Assembly (NCBI GenBank): GCA_038087875.1
Contig: CM075989.1
Location: forward strand, 5,952,001 to 6,016,000
DNA length: 64,000 bases
DNA from: Malacoraja senta
Lineage: Eukaryota
Direction of reading: 5' to 3'
This document shows, piece by piece, positions 11,669 to 24,174 of the stretch. Within the stretch, counting starts at the first letter, position 1. Each line of letters starts with the position of its first letter. The notes below the pieces were generated by a model. It was not told where the DNA came from. It did no database searches and saw only the letters and a program-made list of their open reading frames with translations. A program made the position numbers and the translations under genes.

Positions 11669-13547
11669 CTTCTTTAGGTACGTCCTTTCTAAAGGTACGT
11701 CCTTTCCTGAGGCTATGCCCTCTGGTCCTAGACTCTCCCACTGGTGGAAATATTTTCTCCACGATCACACTATCCAGGCCTTTCACTATTCGACTCCATG
11801 ATGCTGAAGGTACATTACACTTAACGAAGGAGATGAGTGCTCATTTGCAGTAATCAGGCTGAGTGGGATTCAAAACTTTGTCAAGTTCTCTGTTGCTTGT
11901 CCAGCCGGGATCCTTCAAACTATTGGCTCAGGGGTTTACCTGGCACTAAAGGAGAAATATCCCAGCTGTTAATGGCTGTTTGCCCTTCCAATTGTCATTA
12001 ATAAGCCAAAGCTGACTGGTTAATCTTCAACAATGCCCTGGGAGTACTGTCAAACTGTCTGCATTATTGAGACTGCCGCAGAAAGTTGACTTGTTTCCAA
12101 GGTTCCATTAACAGGTTTGTCAGTGTGAAGCCAACTCCCCTCCCCTGTCAAACCCTCCTCCCCAAGGTAGGTGGTGACTCACAAAATGGGTTGGCAAAGG
12201 AACTCTCGCGGGAGAAGCGAGGGGAATTAAAAAATAAGACCAAGAACTCTTCGAGGGAAAATCAACGTAGGAAAGCCAAAACATAACAGCAGCAGTTTAT
12301 TAAATTTTGAGTTTTTTTCTTTAAATGTTTAGAGTTAAGATTCCAGCGACACATCTATTTGTGGTATTTAGGAAGATATCTTCAGTGTTTGCCTCAGTGT
12401 CACAGTCCGTGAACTGAACACAAACAGAATCAACCTCCACACAGGAGCTGCTGGTTAATCTACTGTTAAACATTCTCCTCTATGAGTCCCAGTGCATCTC
12501 AGTTTAAATATTTTACCTCAGTTTAGAGAAGCAGCATGGAAACAGGCCGCCTGGTTCACCGAGTCTGCTCTGACTATCGATCACCTTTTCATACTAGTTC
12601 TATGTATTTCCACTTTCGCATCCAATCCCTACATACTAGGGGGTAATTTACAGAGGCCTATTAACCTTTACTTCCTCACACAATAACAACTCACGTTAGG
12701 AGGCTACCTTGTCTCATCCTATTCACACAAACAAGAGATCCCTGTGAAACATTGGTAGCCAATTCTTATTTTTAAAAACTTCTGCCAATTCTTAAATCCA
12801 ACCAGCATCTTTAATGAATCTAAATGTCTTTTTGAGCTTTATTAGGAAGAGTTTAACAAGCTGAATAAATTTAGTTTAGGGCGACACAGTGGCTCAGCGG
12901 TAGAGTTGGTGCCTCACAGCGCCAGAGGCTCGGATTCAATGCTGTCTGCACGGAGTTTGTACGTTCTCCCTGTGACCGCGTGGGGTTTCTCCTGGTGCTC
13001 AGGTTTCCTCCCACATCCCAAAGATGTACATGTTTGTTGGTTAATTGGCTTTGGTAAAAATTGTAAATTGTCCCTAGTGTTTAGGATAGTGCTAGTGTAC
13101 GGGGTATTCACTGGTTGGCGTGGAGTCGGTGGGCAGAATAGCCTGTTTCCACTCTGTATCTTTAAACTAAACTCAATTAAATTAAAACAGAAATATAACT
13201 TTGCAGAAAGATCCTGACCTGAAATGTCACCGATCCATCTTATCCGGAGATGCTGCCTGACTTGCTGAGTTACTCCAGCATTTTGTGTCCATCTTTAGCA
13301 TAAACCAGCATCTGTAGTTCTTATTTTATTCCATTAAGATAACTTTGTGCTTGGCCTAACAATATAGGCTTGAAGGAGAGCCAGGGAGATGCAGGGGGCT
13401 GTGGGGAAGAAACAGCAGAAGCTAAGGCTTGTTGGATGAAGTGCGGGCCCCAAATGTCTGGTGTGACTTGGAGAGAAGGTGGAAGGTGGAGCAGTGTGTC
13501 TGGCCTTGTAGCGATGGACCATGTTCCCCGCAGCCAACAGTTCCCAA

Positions 13548-13981
13548 ATATCCATTGACGGCTTACACAGTCTTCTATGGCAATAAATTCCGCAGGTTCA
13601 CCACCCTCTGACTGAAGAAATTCCTCCTCATCTCCTTCATAAAAGAACGTACTTTAATTCTGAGCCTATGACCTCTGGTCTGAGACTTTCCCAATAGTGG
13701 AAACATCCTCTCCACCTCCACTCTATCCAGGCCCTTCACTATTCGATCAGTTTCAATGAGGTCCCCCTTCACAATTCTATACTCCAGCGAGTACAGGACC
13801 AGTGGCGTCAAACGCTCATCATATCTTAACCCAGTAATTCCTGGGATCATTCTCGAAAAACCTCCTCTGGGCCATCTCCAGCGCCAGCACATCCTTCCTC
13901 AGATATGGGGGGCCCAAAAATTGCTCACAATACCCCAAAAGCGGCCTGACCAGCGCCTCGTCGAGCCTCAGGCATTACATC
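13548..13981 (-). mobile_element. CR1 ORF2 C-terminal fragment
   Basis: ORF 13575-13892 (LYSLEYRIVKGDLIET...FFSQRVVNLRN). Confidence 0.8.
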
Positions 13982-14768
13982 AACTTCAGGGAAACGACTA
14001 GGAACCCTGTCATGGAAAGTAGTGTATTATTGCTGAAAGACAATGCCTGGTCTCCAAGACTGTTATTGTTCGGGAGAGGGAGGGGGGACGAAAAGGAAGG
14101 GGGAGAGGTGAGGGGGCAAAGCCACGAAATTCAATTCCCAGCAGAAGGTAGCAAGTATCAGTGGATGCACAATGGTGGTGGCACAAGGGAATATAAAGTG
14201 TCATCTGACATTGACTTTCCCAAGTACTCTTATACAGGACAATGGCCGCGTTCATCTGTCTCATCTCCTGGTGAGAAAATTGTATTTCTGCTTGTCAATT
14301 ATTACTGCTCCTTCTGAAAAAAAAACCTTTTCTCTCTTTTCAAAAGAGATTTTCATTTTCGGGTAATTTCAGCCCTCCAGCCTTTCAACGATGCGTTCTG
14401 AAAAAAAACACCTTGAATAAAATAGGAAGGGACACTATCCCTTTGATGGGTGTGTAATGGAGCCTGATGCCCAAGCCATTAACATCAGGCCCGTAACGCA
14501 AGTTGACAGACTGGAGGTGTCAAAACCATTAGCGTTCGCCCTGATACAATTTGTATTAATGGTGTAACAATAGAAGTCCAGTTTGAAAAAAAAAAATGAA
14601 CTGCACTCAGTATGCTTTTATGTTTGCAACAGCGGCGGAGTGTCTTGCAGCGCGGAATGACGCCATTCCGTTCCGCTCATCTGTACCACATATTTGAAAG
14701 AATATGAACAGAAATATGAAATATAAACAGAAAATTCCCGAAACACTCTGCACATCAAAAGTCATGAA

Positions 14769-14897
14769 GTCTGAAGAAGGGTTTCTGCCCGAAATGTTGC
14801 CTATTTCTTTCGCTCCATAGATGCTGCTGCACCCGCTGAGTTTCTCCAGCACTTTTGTCTACCTTTGATTTTCCAGCATCTGCATTTCCTTCTTAAA
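14769..14897 (+). mobile_element. Solo hammerhead-bearing unit (variant B)
   Basis: CTGAAGA at 14771, stem GGG..CCC, GAAA; CACATCAAAA repeated at 14751-14760 and 14898-14907. Confidence 0.7.
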
Positions 14898-15532
14898 CAC
14901 ATCAAAATCAATACTTGATTTGTACGGGGTCAGAGGTTATGGGGAGAAGGCAGGAGAATGGGTCATAGATCGGCCATGATTGAATGGCGGAGTAGACTTG
15001 ATGGGCCGAATGGCCTAATTCTGCTCCTATTCCTTATGACCTTATGACATCACGTAGCATCAGTGGAGAAAGAAACAGAGATTCATGGTTCACACCTGTT
15101 GGCTTCAAGGGTTGTTCCAGACTATTTTAGTTCAGTTTATTGTTGTCATGTGTACTGAGGTACAGTGAAAAGTGTTTTTGTTGCGTGCTATTGTCAGCAG
15201 AAAGAGCCACGCGGACAGAGGTAGAACGTACTAACTGCGTGCAGACAGCACTTGTAGTCAGGATCGGACCCGGGTCTCTGGCAACTCTGCCACTGTGCCA
15301 CCGTGCTGCCACAAGGATGCTTTTTGAAGTGTAGTCACCTTTGTGATGTAGGTAACATGGCAAGCAGTTTTTGCGCACTACCTCGCACTAATGGGCAAGT
15401 GATAAGTGACAGAGAAGCTGCTTTGTTGTGCTGTTTCCTGAGCGTGAATTATCTATCAGGACATTGGGCAGAATAACCCTGACCTTCCGCATATTCCCAC
15501 CAAAGATCTTTTACTTCCATCCAAGAAAGGAG

Positions 15533-15942
15533 ATAGAAACATAGAAACATAGAAACTAGGTGCATGAGTCGGCCATTCGGCCCTTCGAGCCTGCAATATG
15601 ATCATGGCTGATCATCCAACTCAGTATCCTGTACCCGCCTTCTCTCCATACCTCCTGGTCCCATTAGCCACAAGGGCCACATCTAACTCCCTCTTAAATA
15701 TAGCCAATGAACTAGCCTCAACTACCTTCTGTGTCAGAGAATTCCACAGATTCACCACTCTCTGTGTGAAAAATGTTTTTCTCATCTCGTTTCTAAAAGA
15801 TTTCCCCCTTATCCTTAAACTGTGACCCCTTGTTCTGGACTTCCCCAACATCGGGAACAATCTTCCTGCATCTAGCCTGTCCAACCCCTTAAGAATTTTG
15901 TAAGTTTCTATAAGATCCCCCCTCAATCTTCTAAATTCTAGC
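15533..15942 (-). mobile_element. CR1 3' end, young family
   Basis: ORF 15621-15926 nearly identical to the C-terminus of 46274-47734; (TTTCTATG)n tail. Confidence 0.9.
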
Positions 15943-16761
15943 GGGGGCTACCTTCTTACCTGTCAATGGGAAGGTCAACCATCCTAGCGCCAGGAGCTGT
16001 AGTTGTTCCTTCGTGCAGTATCCTGGTCTCGCCATCTTTAGCTATGTCATTGAAACACAGGGAACTGCAGATGCTAGAATCGTGCGTAGAGCACAAAGTG
16101 CTGGAGTAACAGCGTGTCAGGCAGCATCTCTGGAGGTAAACACAAAATGCTGGAATAACTCAGCGAGACAGGCAGCATCTCTGGATGGAAGGAATGGGTG
16201 ACATTTCAGGTCAAGACCCTTCTTCAGCGGGGACCTGGACAGGTGACGTTTCTGGTCAGGACATCTTCTTTATCTGCTTTATTATTGACCTTCTTTCCTT
16301 TATGAAGTCATAAAGAGTTAGCAGAGTTAATTGTTTGGATTTTTTAAATGGCATGCAGGCGCAGCTGGTAGAGCCAGTGTCTCACAGCGCTAGAAACCCG
16401 GGTTCGATCCTGACCTCGGGTGCTGTCTGTCCGGAGTTTGCACGTTCTCCTTGTGGCCGCGTGGGTTTCCTTCGGGTGCCCCGGTTTCCTCCTACACTGA
16501 AAAGAAGTAGAGGTTTGTATGTTAATTGGCTTTGGTAAAAATTGTAAATTGTCCCAAGTGTGTGTAGGATAGGGCCAGTGTATGATGATCACTGGTTGGA
16601 GTGGACTCGATGGGCCGAAGGGCCTGTTTCCGTGCTGTATCTCTGAACTAAACTAAACTAAGGTTCAGAAGTGGGAACGTACACAATATAAGCAACCCTG
16701 CTCTCTACCCCCTCAAAAAGAGAAACAACCCACTCCTGCAAAGCCCAGACAACCTTTGAGC

Positions 16762-17045
16762 TTGGACAGACTGACGGCAAGTAATATTCACGCTGTACAA
16801 ATGCCAGGCAATGAAGAGCTTGATTAAGGATGAGCTTAACTATTCACCACTAACTTACAGTGAGAGTCATCCTGACCAGGAAATATATCGCTGTCTCTTG
16901 ATCGTAGTTGGACCTCCTCCCAGCAGCTCTTGGGAGCACGTTCATTGGAAGGACCACTCATCACTCCCACCTCAAAGGCAATAAGGGATGGACAATAAAC
17001 ATTGTCCTCGCCATGGTTACCCACATCCATCAGGTGTTTAAAAAA
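16762..17045 (+). mobile_element. Old internally deleted LINE relic
   Basis: Degenerate coding piece (VIFTLYKCQAM) joined to a 3' end AAGGCAATAAGGGATGGACAATAAAC...CCCACATCC...AAAAAA. Confidence 0.4.
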
Positions 17046-17139
17046 TTCTAATTATGTCTCATCTGTCTGGTCTGGAAAATAAGCAACCTTCTCAGTTTGG
17101 GCAGTTCATCTAAGGATGTTGACCATTATAGCCGTGCAT

Positions 17140-17464
17140 GTAGACACAAAGAACTGCAGATGCTGGTTTATACCAAAGATAGGCACAAAGTGCTGGAGTA
17201 ACTCAGCGGGTCAGGCAGCATCTGTGTAGAGAAAGGATGGGTGATGTATCGGGTCGGGACCCTTCTTCAGACTGCAATAATAGACACAAAGTGCTAGAGG
17301 AACTCAGTGGGTCAGGCAGCTTCTCTGGAGAAAAAGGATAGGTAACGTTTCGGGTCGGGACCCTTCTTCAGACTGAAGAACTGTTCCGACCCGAAACATC
17401 ACCCATCCATGTTCTCCAGAGATGCTGCCTGACCCGCTGAGTTACTCCAGCCCCTTGTGTCTAT
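17140..17464. mobile_element. Hammerhead-family cluster: two tandem minus copies plus one inverted plus copy
   Basis: Minus copies 17140-17273 and 17281-17373; inversion centre CTTCAGACTGAAG at about 17366-17378; plus copy to 17464. Confidence 0.8.
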
Positions 17465-18200
17465 AGTTGCAGTACAATCTGCCTCACACTCTGAAGGGGA
17501 GTGCAGTTACACCTGAGCACTAGCTTTGATAGAGGTTTTTTTTAAGTTCCATCCGTGCTAAAAATTATTGAGAGGATATCTGGTGTTTCAGAATGGATCT
17601 GCAAACTGCCTCACATATTATGCTCATAAAATGTCATTCCCGGAGAAAGCATGCCCTTGATCTGTGGTTTCTGCGTGCAGCCCTGTCAAAAACATATCAT
17701 TCCTATAATTCCCTTTTAAATTTATGAAAGCTTTTAAATAGTCCTGGTCACTTGTGAGGCAACAACACTGGGAGACCAAATAAGGAGTTTTCTAATAATA
17801 TTATTTTAACTGATTTTTATCTTTGCTAGCATAATCTATCAATGCTACAGCTCTATTATTTAAGCAGCCTCATTTTTAAACACATTGCATGCCTGTTTTT
17901 TCTCTATTTCTTTGGACTGTATTCTCCACTCTGGAATAAGATGGAAAAATATCTGAGTGATCTCCATTGAGCAATGGATTTGACCCGAGGATACAATTCA
18001 TCAGAACATTTTCTTGCTTTGTTTTTTTCCTTTCAAAAGATCAACACGAGAGAACTTTGGCATCTGGTACCTCAGGTCTGACAAGACTCACCGAAGGTAA
18101 ATGAAAAAGAATTGGATCAGTGAAAGATAAATCACAAATGTGATCTGATCTTGCAAGTACGGGATCATTCCTGAGGAAATGAGTTTAGTTTAGTTAAGTT

Positions 18201-18643
18201 AGAAACATAGAAACATAGAAAATAGGTGCAGGAGTAGGCCATTCGGCCCTTCAAGCCTGCACCGCCATTCAATATGATCATGGCTGATCATCCAACTCAG
18301 TATCCTGTACCTGCCTTCTCTCCATACCCCCTGATCCCTTTAGCCCCAAGGGCCACATCTAACTCCCTCTTAAATATAGCCAATGAACTGGCCTCAACTA
18401 CCTTTTGTGGCAGAGAATTCCACAGATTCACCACTCTCTGTGTGAAAAATGATTTTCTCATCTCGGTCCTAAAAGATTTCCCCCTTATCCTTATACTGTG
18501 ACCCCTTGTTCTGGACTTCCCCAACATCGGGAACAATCTTCCTGCATCTAGCCTGTCCAACCCCTTAAGAATCTTGTAAGTTTCTATAAGACCCCCCCTC
18601 AATCTTCTAAATTCTAGCGAGTACAAGCCGAGTCTATCCAGTC
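18201..18643 (-). mobile_element. CR1 3' end, young family
   Basis: [24 protein letters not shown]...GYGEKAGTGY in ORF 18297-18932. Confidence 0.9.
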
Positions 18644-19382
18644 TTTGTTCATTGTTGAGAGATACAGCGTGGAAGTTGAGAGATACAGTGTGGAAACAGG
18701 CCCTTCGGCCCTCCGAGACCGCGCCGACCAGCGATCCGACTTGTACGAGACCCATCACCTTCTTTGACGATTTCAGTGGATGAAAATAGCTTGCACAATG
18801 AACCTTCATCTTCCACTGAGTTTCCCCAACTCTAATAATTGCTAACATCAGTTTTAGAGATTCAGCGCTGAAACCGGCCCTTTGGTCCACCATGTCCGCG
18901 CTGACCCCGCACACTAACACGACCCTACACAAACGAGGGTCAACTTACAATTATACCAAACCAATAAACCTGCAAACCTGTAAGTCTTTGGAGTGTGGAT
19001 GGAAGCCGGAGCACCCGGAGAAAACCCACGCAGGTCATGGGGAGAACGTACAAACTAGCACCCATAGTCAGGATCGAACCCAGGTCTCTTGGGCTGTAAG
19101 GCAGTTGCTCTACCACTATGCCACCATTCCGCCCTAATCATGGTAGGCGAAAAGGTTCTTGTTAGTCGGATGGCGTTTTGCGGAATGACATTGTGGCATG
19201 GCTCTTGCAGCTGCTGCCACACTGCTGCAGGGACCCACTTCCCTCCTCACTTCGGCTGCTCTCTGTGTGGAGTTTGCACCGTCGCACTGCGACTGCAAAG
19301 GTTTCCTACACGTGCTCCCACATCCCAAAGAAATCCGCATTTTGCAGAGGACATTTAATGGCAGAAAGAATGAAATGAGAGT

Positions 19383-19512
19383 TTGAAGAAGGGTCTCGAC
19401 CCTAAACACCACCTATTCCTTTTCTCTAGCGATACTGCCTGATCCGCTGAGTTACTCCAGCATTTTGTGTACATCTTCAGCATAAACCAGCATCTGCAGT
19501 TCTTTCCTACAC
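19383..19512 (+). mobile_element. Solo hammerhead-bearing unit (variant A) with TSD
   Basis: Begins TTGAAGAAGGGTCTCGACCC; AAATGAGAGT repeated at 19373-19382 and 19513-19522. Confidence 0.75.
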
Positions 19513-19829
19513 AAATGAGAGTCAAACTTTTGTGAGAGAGAATAAAGTTATAGGAATTTAAGGAAATAAGTGGAGATGGAATAGGACGAGTGGAATTGCT
19601 CTCCTCAGAGCTAGCACAGTCGCGATGGGCTGAATGACCTCTTTGTATGACACTAGTTTAGTTCATTGTTATATATCGTATAAGCAAACACTAATGGGTT
19701 CATTCAATTTGCTCAAGTAACTCAGCGGGATGCGGAGTAATCCATAGGGGGGCAGGATTATTGTCACTCCCTTCAGCACCAGTTTCTGAGACCTCCGGTT
19801 TAGATCCCCTGTGTAACCTGTTGATAAAT

Positions 19830-20142
19830 GACGCACACAGTCTCTTGCCCAGAGGAGGGGAATCGAGAACCAGAGGACATAGGTTTAAGGTAAAGGGGGA
19901 AAGATTAAGTAGGAATCTGAGGGGCAACTTTTTCACACAAAGGGTGGTGGGTGTTTGGAACGAGCTGCCAGAGGAGGTAGTTGAGGCAGGGACTATCGCT
20001 ACGTTTAAGAAACAACGCAGGTACATGGATAGGACATGGAGGGATATGGACCAAATGCAGGCAGGTGGGACTAGCGTAGATGGGACATGTGGGTCGGTGT
20101 GGGCCGAAGGGCCTGTTTCCACGCTGTATCACTCTGTGACTG
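19830..20142 (+). mobile_element. CR1 3' end whose tail matches the SINE tail
   Basis: SRTRGHRFKVKG...FFTQRVVGVWNELPEEVVEA; tail GTGGGCCGAAGGGCCTGTTTCCACGCTGTATC. Confidence 0.85.
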
Positions 20143-21119
20143 TAAATAGCTGTGGTTCTGGCAGTGGTCTCGAGGTCAACACAATCGAGGTTTTTTCCCT
20201 GGCTGATAATTAGTTTTGCAACTTTCCCAACATTTTCCATGTTACTATTTTCTCAGCGGCTTCTGGAAGCAACTCGTGTAAAGTTTTTGCAGAAGAACGT
20301 AGGCATTTTTTGTAAGGTTAGTGTCAGCCTTAGCAACGCAGCAAGAACCCAGAAACAACACAAAGCTCGCCTGTTTCTAAGGATGTCTCAGAGGCCGCAC
20401 ACAGAACGAGAAGGCTCCAGCTTCTATCTGTTAACTAAACAGCGACCGAAGGGCCTCTTTCTGCACTGTATGAATCTATCATTAGTTACCTTAGTTTAGA
20501 GATACAGCGCGGAAACAGGCCCTTTGGCCCATCGGGTCCACGCCAACCACCGATCCCCGCACATTAACACTATTCTACACACACTAGGGACAAATTACAT
20601 GCATATCAAGCCAATTAATCTACAAACCTGTACGTCTTTGGAGTGTGAGAGAAAACCCAAATATCTAGGGGCTAGTGGAATCAAGGGATATGGGGAGAAG
20701 GCAGGCACGGGTTATTGATTGGGGACGATCAGCCATGATCACAATGAATGGCGGTGCTGGCTCGAAGGGCCGAATGGCCTCCTCCTGCACCTATTTTCTA
20801 TGTTTCTATCTCGGAGAAAACCCACGCGGTCACGGGGAGAACGTACAAACTCCGTACAGACAGCACCTGTAGTCAGGATCGAATCCGGGTCTCCGACGCT
20901 GCAAGTGCTGTAAGGCAGCAACTCTACCGCTGCAGCAACGTCCCTCCCTCGTGTCTTATGGAGGGCCATTCAATATTTGGAAGAGTTAGCCAGAGCTGTG
21001 CACAGAAAAAGGAGGCTGCTGAATCAGCAACAAATTACAAAGGCTCAGCAGGAAAGGCAGTCGGAAAGCCAACCTACAGGAGCACATTCCGTCCTCTGGC
21101 TTCATAATTTGCTACTCTT

Positions 21120-21407
21120 CAATCCTTTTGTCTCACACCTTTGGTTTCAACCTCTGGCTTTTGTTCCAACCATCTGCCTATCACCCCCCCCCCCCCCCCT
21201 TGACTTTGTCTATCACCTACCACACTTTGTCCTACCTCTCCTCTCCTCCAGCTTTCTTTCCCCCTGCCCCACACTTCCCCCGCTTACAATCAGTCTGAAG
21301 AAAGGTGTCACTTGCCAATGTTCTCAAAAGATGCTGCCTGGCACGTTGAGTTACTCCAGCACTTTGGGTCCTTTTTTGTAAACCAGCAACTGCAGTTCTG
21401 TGTTTCT
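21120..21407 (+). mobile_element. Longer Penelope-like terminal-repeat fragment ending in the hammerhead unit
   Basis: Pyrimidine-rich segment then CAATCAGTCTGAAGAA and the conserved 3' body; similar extended copies at 50793-51020(-) and 60130-60473(+). Confidence 0.55.
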
Positions 21408-21564
21408 ACATTTTAACCATAACTTGTATTTAGTTAGCCCCTGCAATGTAGCAAAACATCTCAGGGTATAGACGTCCTGACATACTATATGTGTAGCACA
21501 CACTGATATGTAAGAAGATATTAGGACAAATGGCCTAGGGATAGTGTTTAATGAATTCCAAAAT

Positions 21565-21982
21565 GGAGGCGAGAGTGAGAGGGAAGGAGGGTGGGAGGGG
21601 AAAAGGGGGAGAGACGTAGAGAGGGGGGAGACAGGTGGAGAGGGGAAGAAGGGGGAGGATGGGGGAGGGAGGGGGAGAGAGAGGAAGGAAGAAGGGGAAG
21701 AGGGAGGGTGGAAGGAGAGGGGGAGAGAGGGGAGAGAGAGGGGAGAGAAAAGGAAGGAGGGTGAGAGAGGTAAAGGGAGGTATAGGGAGAGGGAGAGAGA
21801 GGTAGGGGGAGATTGAGGGAGGGAGAGAGAGAAGGAGGGAGGGAAGGAGAGAGAGTGAGAGAGAGAGAGAGTGGGAGAGAGGGACAGGGAAGAGAGGGGA
21901 GAGGTGGAGAGGGGGGAGAGAGGGGGAGAGGGCAAGGGAGGAGGGTAGTGGTGGAGAGAGGGGGAGAGAGAGAGGGAGAGGG
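21565..21982 (+). repeat. Polypurine (G/A-rich) low-complexity tract
   Basis: About 420 nt composed almost entirely of G and A. Confidence 0.95.
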
Positions 21983-22159
21983 AAATAATGAGAACATGGA
22001 AGTAGAAATCTTCAACCTCCAGCCGCTACTTCGGAACATGCTGCAGAATAGTGGTTGCCTGCAGTACTCCACTTGGTTGCCTGCAGTACTCCATTTTGGA
22101 AATGTACTTTCCTAGGCTTGTTTGGAGTACGCCAGATAACCTTATCATTATATATGGTT

Positions 22160-23422
22160 CATAGAAAATAGGTGCAGGAGGAGGCCATTCGGCCCTTCCA
22201 GCCAGCACCGCCATTCATTGTGATCATGGCTGATTGTCTCCAATCAATAACCCGTGCCTGCCTTCTCCCCATATCCCTTGATTCCACTAGCCCCTAGAGC
22301 TCTATCTAACTCTCTCTTAAATCCATCCAGTGACTTGGCCTCCACTGCCCTCTGTGGCAGGGAATTCCACAAATTCACAACTCTCTGGGTGAAAAAGTTT
22401 TTTCTCACCTCAGTCTTAAATGGCCTCCCCTTTATTCTAAGACTGTGGCCCCTGGTTCTGGACTGGCCCAACATTGGGAACATTTTTCCTGCATCTCTAC
22501 TCTTTGGAGTTTAGAAGAATGAGAGGCGATCTCATTGAAACATATAAGATCGTGAGGGGCCTTGATCGGGTGGATGCACCGAGGATGTTCCCAATGATCG
22601 GGGAAACTAGAACTAGGGGACATAGTTGTAGAATAAGAGGGGGCTCTTTTAAAACTGAGATGAGGAAGAACTTCTTCACCCAGAGGGTGGTTAATTTATG
22701 GAATTCACTGCCCCAGGGAGCAGTGGAAGCAGAAACATTAAATATATTTAAGTCTAAAATAGATGTTTTTTTAGCTGCCAAGGGGATAAGGGGCTACGGG
22801 GAGAGGGCAGGGATATGGACCTAGGTATGGTTAGTATAGTAAGACCTGAGTGATCTCCTGGACAAGTGTCGATCGCCTGGATTGGGGTCGGAGAGGAATT
22901 TCCCGGATTTTTTTCCCGAATTGGACCTGGGTTTTTATCCGTTTTTTTGCCTCCCCCAGGAGATCACGCGGTTCTTGGGGTGGAGAGGGGTGATAGCGGT
23001 ATAAAGGGGAGGGTAGTGTCTTGTGTTCTGTGTCTTGTGTCTACTGTTTGTGGGTAAGGGTGTCTGTTTAGTGTTCAGCCATGAGCGAATGGCGGTGCGG
23101 GCTCGATGGGCCTGGTGGTCTACTCTCGCACCTACTTTCTATGTTTCTATGTTTCTATCTCGCTTGTCCAGTCCTTCTATAATTTTATATGTTTCTATAA
23201 GATCCCCCTCATCCTTCTAAACTCCAGTGAATACAAGCCTAGTCTTTTCAATCTTTCCTCATATGACAGCCCCACCATCCCCGGGATCAATCTCGTGAAC
23301 CTACGCTGCACTGCCTCAATCACAAGGATGTCCTTCCTCAAATTAGGAGACCAAAACTGTACGCAATACTCCAGATGTGGTCTTACCAGAGCCCTATACA
23401 ACTGCAGAAGGACCTCTTTACT
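22160..23422 (-). mobile_element. CR1 fragment split by an oppositely oriented CR1
   Basis: ORFs 23195-23401 and 22244-22483 are consecutive parts of ORF2; junction CCTGCATCT|CGCTTGTCC. Confidence 0.85.
22496..23158 (+). mobile_element. CR1 3' end of a divergent subfamily with a long 3'UTR
   Basis: ORF 22474-22824 ([21 protein letters not shown]...GYGERAGIWT); about 330-nt UTR; (TTTCTATG)n tail. Confidence 0.8.
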
Positions 23423-23577
23423 CTTGTATGTTTAGTTCTTAGCATTTGTGGACATTTTACTCCCTGGTGATCTAAAGGCAAACAGCTGGAGGATCTCAGT
23501 GGGTCAGGCAGCATCCGTGGGGCGGTAGAAAACAGCTGGCAGAGTTGTACCTGATGAGAGATTGAGTTTACCCTGCT

Positions 23578-23723
23578 TAGAGATTAGATTACATTAAATT
23601 AGATTACAGTGGATTAGATTAGATTGGATTAAATTCAATTAGATTGGATTAGATTAGATTGGATTAAATTAAATTAGATTGGATTAGATTAGATTACACT
23701 GGATTAGATTAGATTGGTTTAGT
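23578..23723 (+). repeat. (ATTAG/ATTGG)n pentanucleotide microsatellite
   Basis: Read directly from the sequence. Confidence 0.9.
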
Positions 23724-24174
23724 TTGTCATATACAGTAACAATAAAACTAATTATTCACATGTTTCACAGAGTAAACATACACTATAGGTACAGTCAGTT
23801 TGAAGAAGGGTCGAGACCCGAAACGTCACCTATTCCTTCGCTCCATAGATGCTGCCTCACCTGCTGAGTTTCTCCAGCATTTTTGTCTGCCAGCAGAAAG
23901 ACTATGCATGATTACAATCGAGCCGTCCACAGTGTACAGATGCATGATAAAGGGAATAACTTGAATAATGTTTAGTGCAAGATAAAGTCTAGTAGAGTCC
24001 GATCAAAGATAGTCTGAGGATCTCCAATGAGGTAGATAGTAACTCAGGACTGCACACTAATTATTGGTAGTAGAATAGTGCAATATAATAGTGCAAAATT
24101 GCAGTAGTGCAAAAGGATATAAAAATACAATGGTGGAAGAACTGAATGAGGTAGTATTAAGATTAAAAGTGTAA

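Noticed and set aside
15955..16040. Possible minus-strand exon ending in AG|GTAAG
   Set aside because: Short, no recognisable protein in the frames read, and no partner exons found
22052..22092. Direct repeat TGGTTGCCTGCAGTACTCCA, two copies
   Set aside because: Isolated local tandem duplication with no further structure
21351..22115. Pro/Ser/Leu-rich and Gly/Glu/Arg-rich ORFs
   Set aside because: Artefacts of the polypurine tract
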